A DNA stretch of 64,000 bases. It comes from Rhina ancylostomus (taxonomy: Eukaryota). Made by a program: the position numbers and the translations under genes. Positions 46,691 to 58,980 of the stretch are shown here, piece by piece. Every line of letters starts with the position of its first letter. The stretch's first letter is position 1. The notes under the pieces are model-generated. The model searched no databases and was not told the origin of the DNA. It was given only the letters and a program-made list of their open reading frames with translations. The stretch spans positions 16,904,508 through 16,968,507 of the forward strand of contig JARFYF010000118.1 of the NCBI GenBank assembly GCA_030265395.1. Direction: 5' to 3'.

Positions 46691-47642
46691 NNNNNNNNNN
46701 NNNNNNNNNNNNNNNNNNNNNNNNNNNNNNNNNNNNNNNNNNNNNNNNNNNNNNNNNNNNNNNNNNNNNNNNNNNNNNNNNNNNNNNNNNNNNNNNNNNN
46801 NNNNNNNNNNNNNNNNNNNNNNNNNNNNNNNNNNNNNNNNNNNNNNNNNNNNNNNNNNNNNNNNNNNNNNNNNNNNNNNNNNNNNNNNNNNNNNNNNNNN
46901 NNNNNNNNNNNNNNNNNNNNNNNNNNNNNNNNNNNNNNNNNNNNNNNNNNNNNNNNNNNNNNNNNNNNNNNNNNNNNNNNNNNNNNNNNNNNNNNNNNNN
47001 NNNNNNNNNNNNNNNNNNNNNNNNNNNNNNNNNNNNNNNNNNNNNNNNNNNNNNNNNNNNNNNNNNNNNNNNNNNNNNNNNNNNNNNNNNNNNNNNNNNN
47101 NNNNNNNNNNNNNNNNNNNNNNNNNNNNNNNNNNNNNNNNNNNNNNNNNNNNNNNNNNNNNNNNNNNNNNNNNNNNNNNNNNNNNNNNNNNNNNNNNNNN
47201 NNNNNNNNNNNNNNNNNNNNNNNNNNNNNNNNNNNNNNNNNNNNNNNNNNNNNNNNNNNNNNNNNNNNNNNNNNNNNNNNNNNNNNNNNNNNNNNNNNNN
47301 NNNNNNNNNNNNNNNNNNNNNNNNNNNNNNNNNNNNNNNNNNNNNNNNNNNNNNNNNNNNNNNNNNNNNNNNNNNNNNNNNNNNNNNNNNNNNNNNNNNN
47401 NNNNNNNNNNNNNNNNNNNNNNNNNNNNNNNNNNNNNNNNNNNNNNNNNNNNNNNNNNNNNNNNNNNNNNNNNNNNNNNNNNNNNNNNNNNNNNNNNNNN
47501 NNNNNNNNNNNNNNNNNNNNNNNNNNNNNNNNNNNNNNNNNNNNNNNNNNNNNNNNNNNNNNNNNNNNNNNNNNNNNNNNNNNNNNNNNNNNNNNNNNNN
47601 NNNNNNNNNNNNNNNNNNNNNNNNNNNNNNNNNNNNNNNNNN

Positions 47643-47770
47643 TCAATGCACTCTGTACTAACTCAATGTAACTGCACTGTGTAATGAATTGACCTGTATG
47701 ATCAGTGTGCAAGACGTTTCTCACTGGACCTTGGTACAAGTGACAATAATAAACCAATACCAAATACCAA
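47643..47770 (+). mobile_element. LINE 3' UTR (probably Rex1/Babar type)
   Basis: 'gcactgtgtaatgaattgacctgtatgatc...tcactggaccttggtacaagtgacaataataaaccaataccaaatacc' ending in a short tandem repeat. Confidence 0.6.
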
Positions 47771-47829
47771 AACCACTATTGTCTCAGGCTTGTGACAGAC
47801 AGCTATGGAATACTTCTTTTGCTGAAGAT

Positions 47830-47957
47830 TTACAAATTAAATTGGACAATGCGCTATCATCAGAGAACATCCCATTTCTCACCTTATGATAGAAGGATAT
47901 TCACTGAGCAGCTGAAAATGGTTGAACCCAGGACACTGACCTGAAAACTCATGCAGT
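47830..47957 (-). mobile_element. Non-LTR RT catalytic-region remnant
   Basis: Reverse strand encodes SVLGSTIFSC..PSIIR*EMGMFSDD (resembling QGSVLGPTIF...FADD). Confidence 0.7.
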
Positions 47958-47959
47958 AA

Positions 47960-48640
47960 AGTATTTCATTAGCTGCAAGGTTGGTGGGGTTATAAATGTA
48001 TGTGATGTTTTGGCAATTGGCACAAGAACTCATTATGGAGTTGCTGTAGATGGCCGGGTAGTGAGCAGCAACAGTATTGTGCCTCCATTACTGATGCAAT
48101 GCAGAAGTATAATGACTTAACCAGGTGAGCAAAAATGAGTATACTTGCTGCTATCTAGATCCTATGTTTTAAATTCAGATCGCATCTCAAGGTGTCCCAT
48201 CCATCATTTTACATTATATCAACAACGTGAGTGGAACGTGTTCACTTACAGGTCTGTTTTTGTCTTTCATGGAGAAGTGATTGCAAATGCAGGAGACAGG
48301 GAGTGGACTGGGATTGGGCTGGCACAAATAGTCCAGCCAACAGATGTAGAAGAGCCAGCTTCAAAGGCATCTGATGGCCGTGTCTCTCTAAATTGGAGAT
48401 GAAAGGACAGCAAACTCATAGATGGCCAGTGACAGAATTACAAATATCCTTTATGCACATTGGCTGACGTTACTTCATCAATAACTGAACTGTGAGAAGA
48501 TTAAGTACAGTGATTGTTAAGATTGTTGCCTTCCCTTCATAGCCCCTTCTTTTGTCATCTCAGACACAGCAGATGTCAGTGGAGATGCCCAAGGACACGT
48601 CCTTGGAGGACTTTGATATACTTTAGTGGGTTCACCGAGA
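47960..48640 (-). mobile_element. Decayed Harbinger/PIF (HARBI1-like) transposase relic
   Basis: Ordered minus-strand remnants VTAIYELL, FEAGSSTSVGWTIC (resembling FASGSFQxxxGDIC), YPA..NS (YPGSxHDS), NPTNLA (NPxTxAE), across frameshifts. Confidence 0.4.
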
Positions 48641-49767
48641 TGGTAGTTTGGCTTTCAGCTGGTGATTCTCACCTCAAATGTGAACAGTGACACTNNNNNN
48701 NNNNNNNNNNNNNNNNNNNNNNNNNNNNNNNNNNNNNNNNNNNNNNNNNNNNNNNNNNNNNNNNNNNNNNNNNNNNNNNNNNNNNNNNNNNNNNACTTGC
48801 GATGGATCTGCGTTATGGGACATCGTCATCCTCAAGCTCTAATCAGATAGACGAGATGTGAAACCCTTCCCATTACTGAAAATACAACTACAAGAGATCC
48901 ATACTGACAAATGTGCCATCCTGACTTCCCATAATAACGAAGTCCGACTCAATCACCAGAAGGTTAGTGGCACTGGTAATTGCTGCCATTCACCATCAAA
49001 GATGGTGAGCTTAGCTCTTAAGTGAACAAATTCAGGCCATGATTACTTTGGACACCAACACATTTATACTCTAAACAGGATTAAGAAGAATATGTCGCTG
49101 TCTCAGAAGATGTATGATGGTGAAAGGAAAGACAGAAGAGGGAGCACACTGTCCAGGTGAAGTAGTCTTTGACAGGATCCTTAGGGGCTCCAAAACTTCA
49201 AGGTCAAATGCCAAAAACCTCTCAATTGTCAAGGCAGAGATCTGGAAGTGACATGGGTCATAATAGTGGAAGGAATGACAAAAATCAGGGAAAGCATATG
49301 TTCAAAAATTAAGGTTAATTAAGAGTATATATATCAAAACGATGTTTGAGAAATTGTTCTCTGTTAAATCTTCCTTTCCTATAGCTAAATAAAATTTACA
49401 TGGTATGACTTTTACATCTTGTCCATTAGTGTAGCCTGGGTACTAATTCACCATCGCATTTGTTTCATGATGAATGCCAAGATATGACACATCCTGAGGT
49501 GTGTGTCTGTAAGTCCTAATGTTCTCAAAAAAAACTTCTGTGCTGATAAGGATTCCCTGCTGTATGTTTAACAGAGTAACCTTACAAAGTGGTGGTGGGG
49601 ATTCAGCCTCTGTTGAATTGGGCAAGTTGAGGTCTGTAGACCCACAGGAAGACTATCTAAAACTCACTCATTTACGAGCATGTTGTGGAAAATCCTGGGT
49701 TGATGAATTGAAGAAATTCTCCAATTTCCATAAAAATTACAACGTCAAGTATTGGGTTCGTTGCCAA

Positions 49768-49807
49768 CCTTTGTCTGTGTGCAGTTTTACTTGCACACAG
49801 ACAAAGG
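49768..49807. repeat. Perfect 16-bp inverted repeat with 8-nt spacer
   Basis: cctttgtctgtgtgca-gttttact-tgcacacagacaaagg. Confidence 0.95.
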
Positions 49808-50419
49808 CCAGAAGGATGGGCACACTGAGCATGGGCTGTAGTCACTCGACTGTACTATTCATGTTTATCTTCAATCTGTCTGTCCTGATGCAGTAAAATT
49901 CATCCTTCATTCCCTAATATCTTTCTAACTGTCATACTCAAGAGAAATTACAATACAAATGATATCACAAGACCATTTGTCGGTAGCCTTGGTAGAAACA
50001 CATCAGTTATTATAAAAATAAGAGAACACTAAGGGAAGATTTGTAACCTAGGGCACAATCCCATCTCATCTCACAATTCACAATGGATAAGGCACAGCTC
50101 ACAGTAAGCTCCTTCTATTTCACAAGCGAGTCGTTCAGCTTCTTCTCATGAGTGAAATTAAAGTCAGATTACTGTACTTTACCGACTCTATATCCTGTTT
50201 TTATTGTGTGTTAACTACAAGAAATTGAAGAGAAAATATTTCAGGAGGAAGGAAGCAAGTACAGATACAAGGGAGAGATCTGAAAGAAATAATCTGCATG
50301 TCCACAGCACTATCTCTCCTGCTTCTTAATAGATCTAAGTACACATTCCTCTTCACGGGTAAAATGGAAACGAAAATATTTTGTATTGTCTTTAACTGGC
50401 TGATTTGGGATTAGTTGTC

Positions 50420-50780
50420 CACACAATCACAGAAGCTGAGAGAGTTCAAGGGGGCCATTCTACCCTCAATGCTGGAACTTGCTCTTTGAAAGAGTGGTCT
50501 AATTAAACCCACTTCCAGTTCCTCTTGTGTGAATGTCTCCCCTTATTCAATTTCCTTTTGAATGCTGCTACTGACTCCGCCTCCACTGACCCTTCAGGCA
50601 GTTCATTTATATTCATTGCATTAAAAATATGTTGTATTATCTGTATTATTCTTTACCAATTGTCTCACTCTGTGAACCCTCTTGCCACTTGGATCAGTTT
50701 CTTTATTTGCTCTGTCAAGGTACTTTCTAATATAAAGTGTTTCTTTTGAACTTCCTCTTAACCTTCACTGCATTTCTGCA
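50420..50780 (-). mobile_element. Degenerate CR1 3' fragment
   Basis: 'ggggccattc...tccttttgaatgctgctactgactccgcctccactgacccttcaggcag'. Confidence 0.6.
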
Positions 50781-51542
50781 ACCTTTTTTTTTAACCGGGA
50801 TTAAATATAAAGATTAAATAGAGAAAACCTGAAGTAAATGTTAGAAACTGATTAACGTGAAAATGGAGGGATTCCTTTTGGATGATGGGATGGAATTCCC
50901 AACCATAATCCATGTGAGTCCTAATCCCAACTTGAAAATCCCCACCCCTCAATTGGTTCACAGTCAAACTTGAGAGAACTCGTTGGACAAGCAAAGGGTC
51001 TGCCTCAGTGTTCGTGAAGGTGTAACACAAACACAAATGGTGCTTGCTTGATACTGAAGACTGATGGGTGAAGCGTAAACTAGATAATCCATTTTTGTTG
51101 TATTATTAATTATAAGGATCCATTGTTGCCATGGATAATAAAAGTGACAAGATGTTACTAAGCTGTTATAACTTGGGCAGGGTAGGGGAAGGGGTGATGA
51201 CAAAGGAAGAGAGTAAGAGAGATTCTCTTTCACATGTCCATCAACTCCACCTTGAAAGAATTTGGACAGAAGCTAGGGAGTTTCTGATTTGATTCGCAAG
51301 TAAATGAGAAATCATCATTCCAACTTGTCCAATTATGTGCTATTGATTTTTTCATTTCATGTTTACTTTTTGATTTTGCTTGTTTAAAATTTGAGAACAA
51401 TTGGATTTTTTTCTATAGTGCTTATCACTGCATGTTTTTAATTGAAAAAACATGAAACAAATGATAGAAATTGATTAACATGAAAATGGAGGGATTTCTT
51501 TTAGAATGATGGAATGGGGCTCCAGGCCATAATCCTGGTGAA

Positions 51543-51715
51543 TCATAGAGTCACAAAATACAGTCTTATTTGCTCATCTGCAATAATCCCATTTGCCCAC
51601 ATTCGGACTATTTCCTTCTATGCCTTGCCTATTTATGTGTCTGTCTAGATGCTTCTTAAATGGAGGAATTTATATTGTTCCACCACCTCCTCTGATGGTG
51701 TGTTCCAAATATCAA
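51543..51715 (-). mobile_element. CR1 3' end inserted into a duplicated segment
   Basis: 'tcatagagtcac...aatcccatttgcccacattcgg...gtgtctgtctagatgcttcttaaatg'. Confidence 0.8.
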
Positions 51716-51957
51716 TGAGTCCTAATCTGTTCCATGAACAATTCCCGCTTCTCAGTTGAATGAAAACAAAAGTGAGACAATAAAATTATTCGCAGAGTAA
51801 GATAAATGGACCTGCAATTTCCTCCACAGACACAATTCAACAGAGAGTAAAAACTGCACCCATTCAAGTGACACACACATCTCCTGTATACCTCATTTGA
51901 ACGTGCCCAAGCATAAACCAGGCATAAATAAGTAGGAATCAGCATAAAATTTCAGAG

Positions 51958-52210
51958 TGCCTGATACTTAACTGCCCTCTGAAATGGATTGACAGTTATC
52001 ATCACTACCTTCTGAACAGAAAATAAAGATGGGAATAAACGGCCAACAACAGCCGCACCTCCAAAATGAATTTAAAAAATCTGATTATTATTGTATTCTT
52101 GTTTGTGAAACCTTGCTGTGTGCAATTTGGCTGCCATATTTCCTGCGTTATAATAGTGACTGTGTGTGAAAGTGCTTAAGACAACCTGAAGGTGTGAAAT
52201 TTAAACTATG
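51958..52210 (+). mobile_element. LF-SINE-like tail followed by Deu-SINE tail
   Basis: 'cttaactgccctctgaaatgg' then 'tgtttgtgaaaccttgctgtgtgcaatttggctgccatatttcctgcgttataatagtgact'. Confidence 0.7.
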
Positions 52211-52344
52211 AAGACACCTAAGTGCTGGCTGGCAAATAGTGAAGAACTTTTCCAAACAAAATTCCTTGTATTTATCTGTGAATCTATGATTTTAAATTGA
52301 TGGTTGTGGCATTTTTGGATTTAACAGAAGAACATAAGAAATGA

Positions 52345-52787
52345 AAACATAGAACATAGAACAGTACACCACCGGAACGATGTTGTGCTGAACTAATTAA
52401 GTTAATGACACGTAATGAATCTAATCCCTTCTGCCTGCACATGGTCCATATTCTTCCATTCTCTACCTTTCTAAGAGCCTATTAAATGTCTCTATCATAT
52501 CTGTCTCCACTACCACCCCCGACAGCACATTACACGCAGCCACCACTCCCTGTGTAAAAAACTTGTCCTGCACATTTCCTTTGAACTTTCCCCCTCTCAC
52601 CTTAAATGCATGCCCGCTAGTATTAGACACTTCAACTCTGGGAGAAAGATACTAGCTGTCTACTCTATCCACACCTCTCATAAACTTCTACCAGGTCTCC
52701 TCTCTGCGTCTAGTGCTCCAGAGAAAACAACCCCAATTTGTCCAACCTCTCATAACACCCTATAATCCAGGCAGCATCCTGATAAAC
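52345..52787 (-). mobile_element. CR1 LINE 3' fragment
   Basis: 'acatagaacatagaacagtac' terminal repeat; 'ccttaaatgcatgcccgctagtattagac' (SNTSGHAFKV). Confidence 0.9.
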
Positions 52788-53414
52788 AGGAGTGGATAAT
52801 TTTGTCCTTTATGCCTACATCACCATTCTTCAACATTATTGCTGAGCAATAACTCCCTCCCATTCCATACCACTGAAGCAACAGAGAATGTTTAATTATC
52901 CAGTACTGACATGGGTTTTAAGTCTGCATTTGAAATTCAAACATTGCACCTGAAATTTTAGATAGTTTTAAAACTATAAAGCATCCAATTATATGTTTGC
53001 AAGTCCACGAATCTAAATTAATTTTGATACTGATGATGGTTATCTGATGTGAAAAAGCTGAAGGAATGAATATTCTCACTTTCTCCTTGTGAATATCAAT
53101 TAAATCACATGCAGAACCTCCTGCGTGTGCTGTTGCTGTAACACAACAGGATATGAAACAAAAATTGCTCAAGTTATATTCTTTTTATTTCAGAAAGGAT
53201 GAATGTTTTTACATCTGTTGTCCATTTTTCTCATATGGTATTATCAGGAGTGCTCAATTATACAATAAAATTAATATATTTTGTGGAGGTAATACAGATG
53301 TAGGAGAAATTATAATTTTAGTTTTAGACAAAATATGTAGTATACAAGTACGAGGATGTAATATATAAATGTGAAGTGTACCAGTAAATGTAGAATATAA
53401 TATGAAGAGACACT

Positions 53415-53827
53415 GGTGGACTGGATTGTTTTCCCTGGAACAGAGAGAACTGAGTGAGGACTTGATAGAGTTACACAAAACTATGACAGACTTCGATAGG
53501 TAAGATAGTTAGAAACTCTTCCCCACAGTAGAGGTGTCCAATACTAGATATTTAAGGTGAGGAGTAAGAGGTTAAGGGGGCATCTGAGGAAGATTGCTTC
53601 CACCTTGAGGGTGGTTGAAATCTGGAATGCACTGTGTGAGAAGGTGGCGCAGTCAGGTACTCTCATAACACTTATGAAGTATTTATACAAACACTTGGAT
53701 CACCAAGGCATAGGAGGAGATGGACCAAATGCTGGTAAATGGTATTAGTGACAGGTAGGTACCTGAATGTTGGCACAGACACAGTGAGCTGAAGGGCCTG
53801 TTTCTGTACTGTATGACTCTATGACTA
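53415..53827 (+). mobile_element. CR1 LINE 3' fragment
   Basis: GLFSLEQRELSEDLIELHK..RVVEIWNAL; ends 'ctgtatgactctatgact'. Confidence 0.88.
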
Positions 53828-54134
53828 AATGCTTAAGCTAGACAACAGTAACAGAAGTAGAATGGCTGCAATATCTCCATCACATCTATGCATCAGGCAT
53901 TCAGCTGTTAAATATTCCATGGTCTTCTCTAGTTTAGATTAATAAAACAGTTTTACAAAACTATTCTAGTAATGTTTATCAACTCAATGTTTCCCATATT
54001 ATTTCTCATATTATACTACATATTATCTTTCANNNNNNNNNNNNNNNNNNNNNNNNNNNNNNNNNNNNNNNNNNNNNNNNNNNNNNNNNNNNNNNNNNNN
54101 NNNNNNNNNNNNNNNNNNNNNNNNNNNNNNNNAT

Positions 54135-54447
54135 AATTTACAATAAACAATTAACTGACCAAACGTCATGTCTTTAGAACGGGTAAGGAAACCAATGAAC
54201 CCATGCAGTCAAAGGGAGAACATCACATTAGGCATATGGAGGAATTTAGGATAGAGGAATATGTGGGAGGAAGGTGTTAGATAGTCTTAGGTGTGGTTTC
54301 GAAGGGCGGCACAACATGGTGGGCCGAAGGGCCTGCATTGTGCTGTATTGTTCTATGGTTCAATGGTTCTATGCAAACTTAACAGACAGCACCAGAGGTT
54401 AGAATCAAAGCCAGGCCATGGAAGCAGCAACACTACCAATTGTACCC
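54135..54447 (-). mobile_element. V-SINE fragment interrupted by a + strand CR1 3' end (about 54223-54371)
   Basis: 'cccatgcagtcaaagggagaacat' [CR1 ending 'ttctatggttcaatggttctat'] 'gcaaacttaacagacagcaccagagg'. Confidence 0.75.
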
Positions 54448-54563
54448 TAGTAGGTGATTTGTTTGTAGAAGCTCTGGGGAATGGAAAATTGGAAGGATAA
54501 AGCTAACCTTTCTTATTTGCTTCTGCTGCTAATGGGGAGAAGCTGCTTCATGTTGCTGTGATA

Positions 54564-54987
54564 AGAACATAGGACATAACAGCACAGTACAGGCCCTTTG
54601 GCCACAATGTTGTGCCGACATTTTATCCTGCTCTAAGATCAATCTAACCCTTCCCTCCCACATTGTCCTCCATTGTTCTATCATTCATGTGGCTATCTAA
54701 GTCTCTTAAATGTCCCAAATGTTTCTGCCCCCACAACATCTGCTGGCAGTGCATTCCACGCACCCACCACACTCTGTGTAGAAAACTTACCTCTGACATC
54801 CCTTTTACACCTTCCTCCAATCGCCTTAAAATTATGTCCCCTTGTGTTAGCCATTGTCGCCCTGGGAAAAAGTCTCTGGCTGTCCACTAGATCTCTGTCT
54901 CTCATCATCTTGTACACCTCTATGAAGTCACCTCTCATCTTCTCTCCAAAGAGAAAAGCCCTAGCTCACTCAACCTATCCCCTATAA
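54564..54987 (-). mobile_element. CR1 LINE 3' fragment
   Basis: ORF 54693..54938(-) MRGDFIEVYKMMRDRDLVDSQRLFPRATMANTRGHNFKAIGG..STQSVVGAWNALP. Confidence 0.92.
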
Positions 54988-57099
54988 GCTCCTATTCGCT
55001 ACATTCCCAGAAATATGTGAAGAGTNNNNNNNNNNNNNNNNNNNNNNNNNNNNNNNNNNNNNNNNNNNNNNNNNNNNNNNNNNNNNNNNNNNNNNNNNNN
55101 NNNNNNNNNNNNNNNNNNNNNNNNNNNNNNNNNNNNNNNNNNNNNNNNNNNNNNNNNNCCCTGAGGTATTTGTGTTCACAGGAAAAAGGTTGTTTTACTT
55201 CATTGAAACCTGTGTCCTTCTTTGTGCAACATCTAGAACAACATGCTAGAATTAACAATGAACTGCCATTGTTATCAATCAGATGAAGATCACAGCAATA
55301 ATGAATTTGATTCCTCAGAATCCATCAACACATTAAACAAACAAGTACAGGCTAAGTATGCCTGGCAGATTATTTACAGGTTAAGTTATAAAAGTAGCAG
55401 CACGAAGTAGCAAGGAAAAGGAAAGTGAGTTGCTGGATGTTTTCTGGAATAGGTTAAGGTTTCGTTACTGAGCAGAGATTATATGTTTAGGAGCTGGCCT
55501 AATCCTACATGTGGTTGTATCATGACTGAATGGGAAGGGCCTGATATAATATATCTGTAAAAAGCATAACATCAGTTTAAGGATCCTTCTCAAATTTAAA
55601 ATTTGCATCATCTGATGAACCATTGACTTTGGATAAGAGCGCTTCATTTACTTTTACTGTAGATTTGTTGTTCATAGGTGATGTTAAATTCAGTTTGCTC
55701 ACAGAGTTGACATCTTAAGACAGAACAAAAGATTATGGGTGGATTTGCCAGTACTTAATCAACCAAAAAGGGTTTCAAGTCAGAAATGTCAATTATCTAT
55801 ATTAAAGACACAATGATGCTTAATTATTGTATCAAACACAGATGAACAGGTTCTCAAACAACTGCTAATGCTTTGATCATGTACAATTTATGTAGAGCTT
55901 GCATCAAAGCCTCACACCCTGAATAATTCCTGGATCAACAAGCCTGCTACTGTTGATAATTTGCCTGGAGTATTGTTTCTGCTTTTTTTTCACAGCTTGA
56001 AATGAGTACTCAAGCTTTTTGGCCAACAATGACCAGATACACTGGCCACAGTGTTAGGGATTGGACATCTCTTTGGATTTATGGGTAGGGATAGCAACCA
56101 GTTAATACAAGCAAGAACCAGTCTTAAAAACTGTTTACATGTAAATTCCCAGCAGTAATCAAACACTGTCTGCAAAGACCACAGGCTGTCGGTTCACAAT
56201 GGGAGGCCACTTGAGAAGTCTGCTTTGGAAACTGATAAGGCAATCTCCTCTATTAACACAGTTGTTTGAGGACCTGTTCATCTATGTTTGATGCAATAAT
56301 TAAGCATCACTGTGTCTTTAATATGGATAATTAATACCTTATGAAACAATATTATATCCATCAATACTTTAAGCATGCTGAAACCTGCCATTTGGTGTGG
56401 GACATTCTGATTGTGCATGATTGTTGCTAAGCAGACGGAGATAATAAATGAATGTTTATCTTAATCAGCCCTCTTTGAAACTCTCAGGTTGAGATCAGGG
56501 AAGGTATTAAGTGGCCATCTCTTGTATTAATGCAGAGTTAAAGGCATAAAACTGCCACTTAACATAGCTCAAGACATATTTGTTTTGCCAATTGATGTTC
56601 TGGGTGTTTGTAAATCCAGGGAGCCCTCCCTGTCATTGTAATCAAAAAACTTTATTTTGGGTGTCTGGGGCTTTGCACTCAGAACCCTTCGGAACACCAC
56701 TAGGATTGTAAAATTCAAAATGGAATTTTCCAATACCAGTGGTGGTCCTGTCAGTTGAGATATGCTCCCATTGTGAAAATGTAATTCTAGCAAGTTACCT
56801 GTCTACACCCAAAATGTAGGTAATTATAACCACTGAAAGTGTTTTCAAGCGCCTGTTGTTATCTTTGTGTTTAAATAATATAAAGCCTCACTAAATGGTA
56901 GAGATGTTCAGAGAGATAGATGCTCCAGAATGCCCGCTTGTCTTGCTGAATAACAAAAAGATGCAAGGGTCATTGTCAAGGTTCATCCTCAGCAGTTGCA
57001 TGACAAAGACTATCTCTGATCTGTGGGCTGTTCCTAGGGATGAATTATCAAGACAAACATCACGCACTGCTGGAAGATCATCAGCTTGTTGAAAGACAA

Positions 57100-57998
57100 A
57101 CTTTGCTCAGTCCAAAACTTGTTGGTGTTCCAGTACAACAGGGCATCCAAGAGGGAATGCTGGTGCCTGTACATGTTAAAGGACGCTGATGCATAGTTCC
57201 TGAAAAAGGTGACAGAGGTAGATAGGGTGGGAAAAAAGGCTTGTGATATGCTTGCCTTCATTGGCTGTGCCACTGAGTACAGGAGTTGGGATATCATGTT
57301 ACAGTTGTATAGAATGTTGGTTAGACCACACTTAGAGTATCGTGTGAAGTTCTGCTCACCACGGTAAAGGAAGGATGTGATTAAGTTATAGGGAGTGCAG
57401 AAAGGATTCACAAGGGCATTGCTGGGACTGGAGAACTTCAGCTATAAGGAGAGATTGGACAGGTTGGGACTGTTTTCCCTGGAGTGAAGAAGCTGAGGGC
57501 TGACATTGAAATTTATAAAATTATGAGGGACATAGATAGGGCAGAAGGTCACAGTCTTTTTTCCCAGGGTAGNNNNNNNNNNNNNNNNNNNNNNNNNNNN
57601 NNNNNNNNNNNNNNNNNNNNNNNNNNNNNNNNNNNNNNNNNNNNNNNNNNNNNNNNNNNNNNNNNNNNNNNNAATTATGAGGGACATAGATAGGGCAGAA
57701 GGTCACAGTCTTTTTTCCCAGGGTAGGGGAGTCTCAAATGAAAGGCAGAGATTTAAGGTAAGAGGGGAAAGATTTAAAGGAGATCTGAGGGGCAAGTTTT
57801 TCACATAGAAGGTGGAGGGTGTATGGAATGACCTGCCAGTGGAAGTAGTAGAGGCAGGTACAATTACAATGACATTTGGACAGCTACATGGATAGGAATG
57901 ATTTAGAGGGATATGGGCTAAATACAGTCAAATGGGACCAGCTCAGATAGGCTTTTTGGTCAGCATGGACAAGTTAGGCCTGTTTCTATGACTCTATG
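57100..57998 (+). mobile_element. CR1 LINE ORF2 C-terminal part and 3' end
   Basis: MLAFIG..EYRSWDIMLQLYRMLVRPHLEYRVKFCSP..VQKGFTRAL..SYKERLDRLGLFSLE; ends 'tctatgactctatga'. Confidence 0.92.
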
Positions 57999-58005
57999 AT
58001 ACTTG

Positions 58006-58316
58006 GAAGCTTGGTGAAGCCAACAGAAAGGCTTTCTGGGAAAGGACCAGAGTCTAAGGTAGTGTTGCCACTTGACATTGAGGAGCTAAATTAAAACCCT
58101 CTCAAAAACCTTAAGTTCATATCAACCAAAGAGGCCATAAGTGGTAACGGTTGCCTTGTGTACAGAATGTGCTAACACTGCACTTGTATGGATTTGATAA
58201 CATTACGAAAGTATTGACTGAATGACAGTATGCATATAAAGAAGGCCATGCACTGTTTCTTGTGTGTTTGTATATATCTTATGTGAATAAAGCTTATTTT
58301 TGAAATTAAAAAAAAC
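58006..58316 (+). mobile_element. Tx1 LINE 3' end, second copy
   Basis: KLGEANRKAFWERTRV*; terminus 'aataaagcttatttttgaaattaaaaaaaa' matches the reverse complement of 21316-21345. Confidence 0.8.
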
Positions 58317-58865
58317 CTTTTACATCTGCATCTCCAGTCTCTGTGTGGTTCATTCACAGGCAAAATATTCTGCCCAGAGAGTTGGAGAGAGTCCAAGCTC
58401 ATCTTTGAAACTGAGTCTGCATGCAACTGTAATTTTGAAAGAGTGAATAAGATTTATTTTTTCCTTAGTTATCACCAGCCAATTCACCAAATAATAGCAA
58501 TGATTAATAAAGAAGGGATTCATGTAAGGGCTTCAATTTGTACAATATCTTATTTTAAATGTTACAGAGAATGATAAAACACTGAGGTTTACTGAAAATT
58601 CTGTTCTATCTGGTTACGCCTTTCACTTAAAGTAGAATAAATTCCATGGATTACAAAGTGCTTTCTGTCATTTGAGTTATCACTGAGTTGCTTCCAGAAA
58701 ATGGAAAAAAATGCACCTGGAACAGGCAAAATCCTAGAAAATCCAAAACACACATTACAGATTTCAATTTAAGTCCCCTGGGCCATTGCACTGTACAATT
58801 AGATAATGGGTATTCAGAGTCTACTCTTGACATTAGGATCATGAACAGAAATGAGATGCACAGTT

Positions 58866-58980
58866 TTAGAATTATGCAACATGGAAACAGGCCCTTTGGC
58901 CTAACTAGTCCATACTGATCAAGATGCCTATGTCAGCTGGTCCCATTTGCCCTCATCTGGCCCATAACCCTCCGTATCTT
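58866..58980 (-). mobile_element. CR1 3' end remnant
   Basis: 'ggaaacaggccctttggcc...gtcccatttgcc..tggcccataaccctc'. Confidence 0.8.

Noticed and set aside
46657-47763. 368-aa ORF and other X-rich ORFs
   Set aside because: Artefacts of translating through N gaps
57519-57725. Exact direct repeat of about 54 bp either side of a 100-N gap
   Set aside because: Unmerged contig overlap (assembly artefact), not a biological repeat
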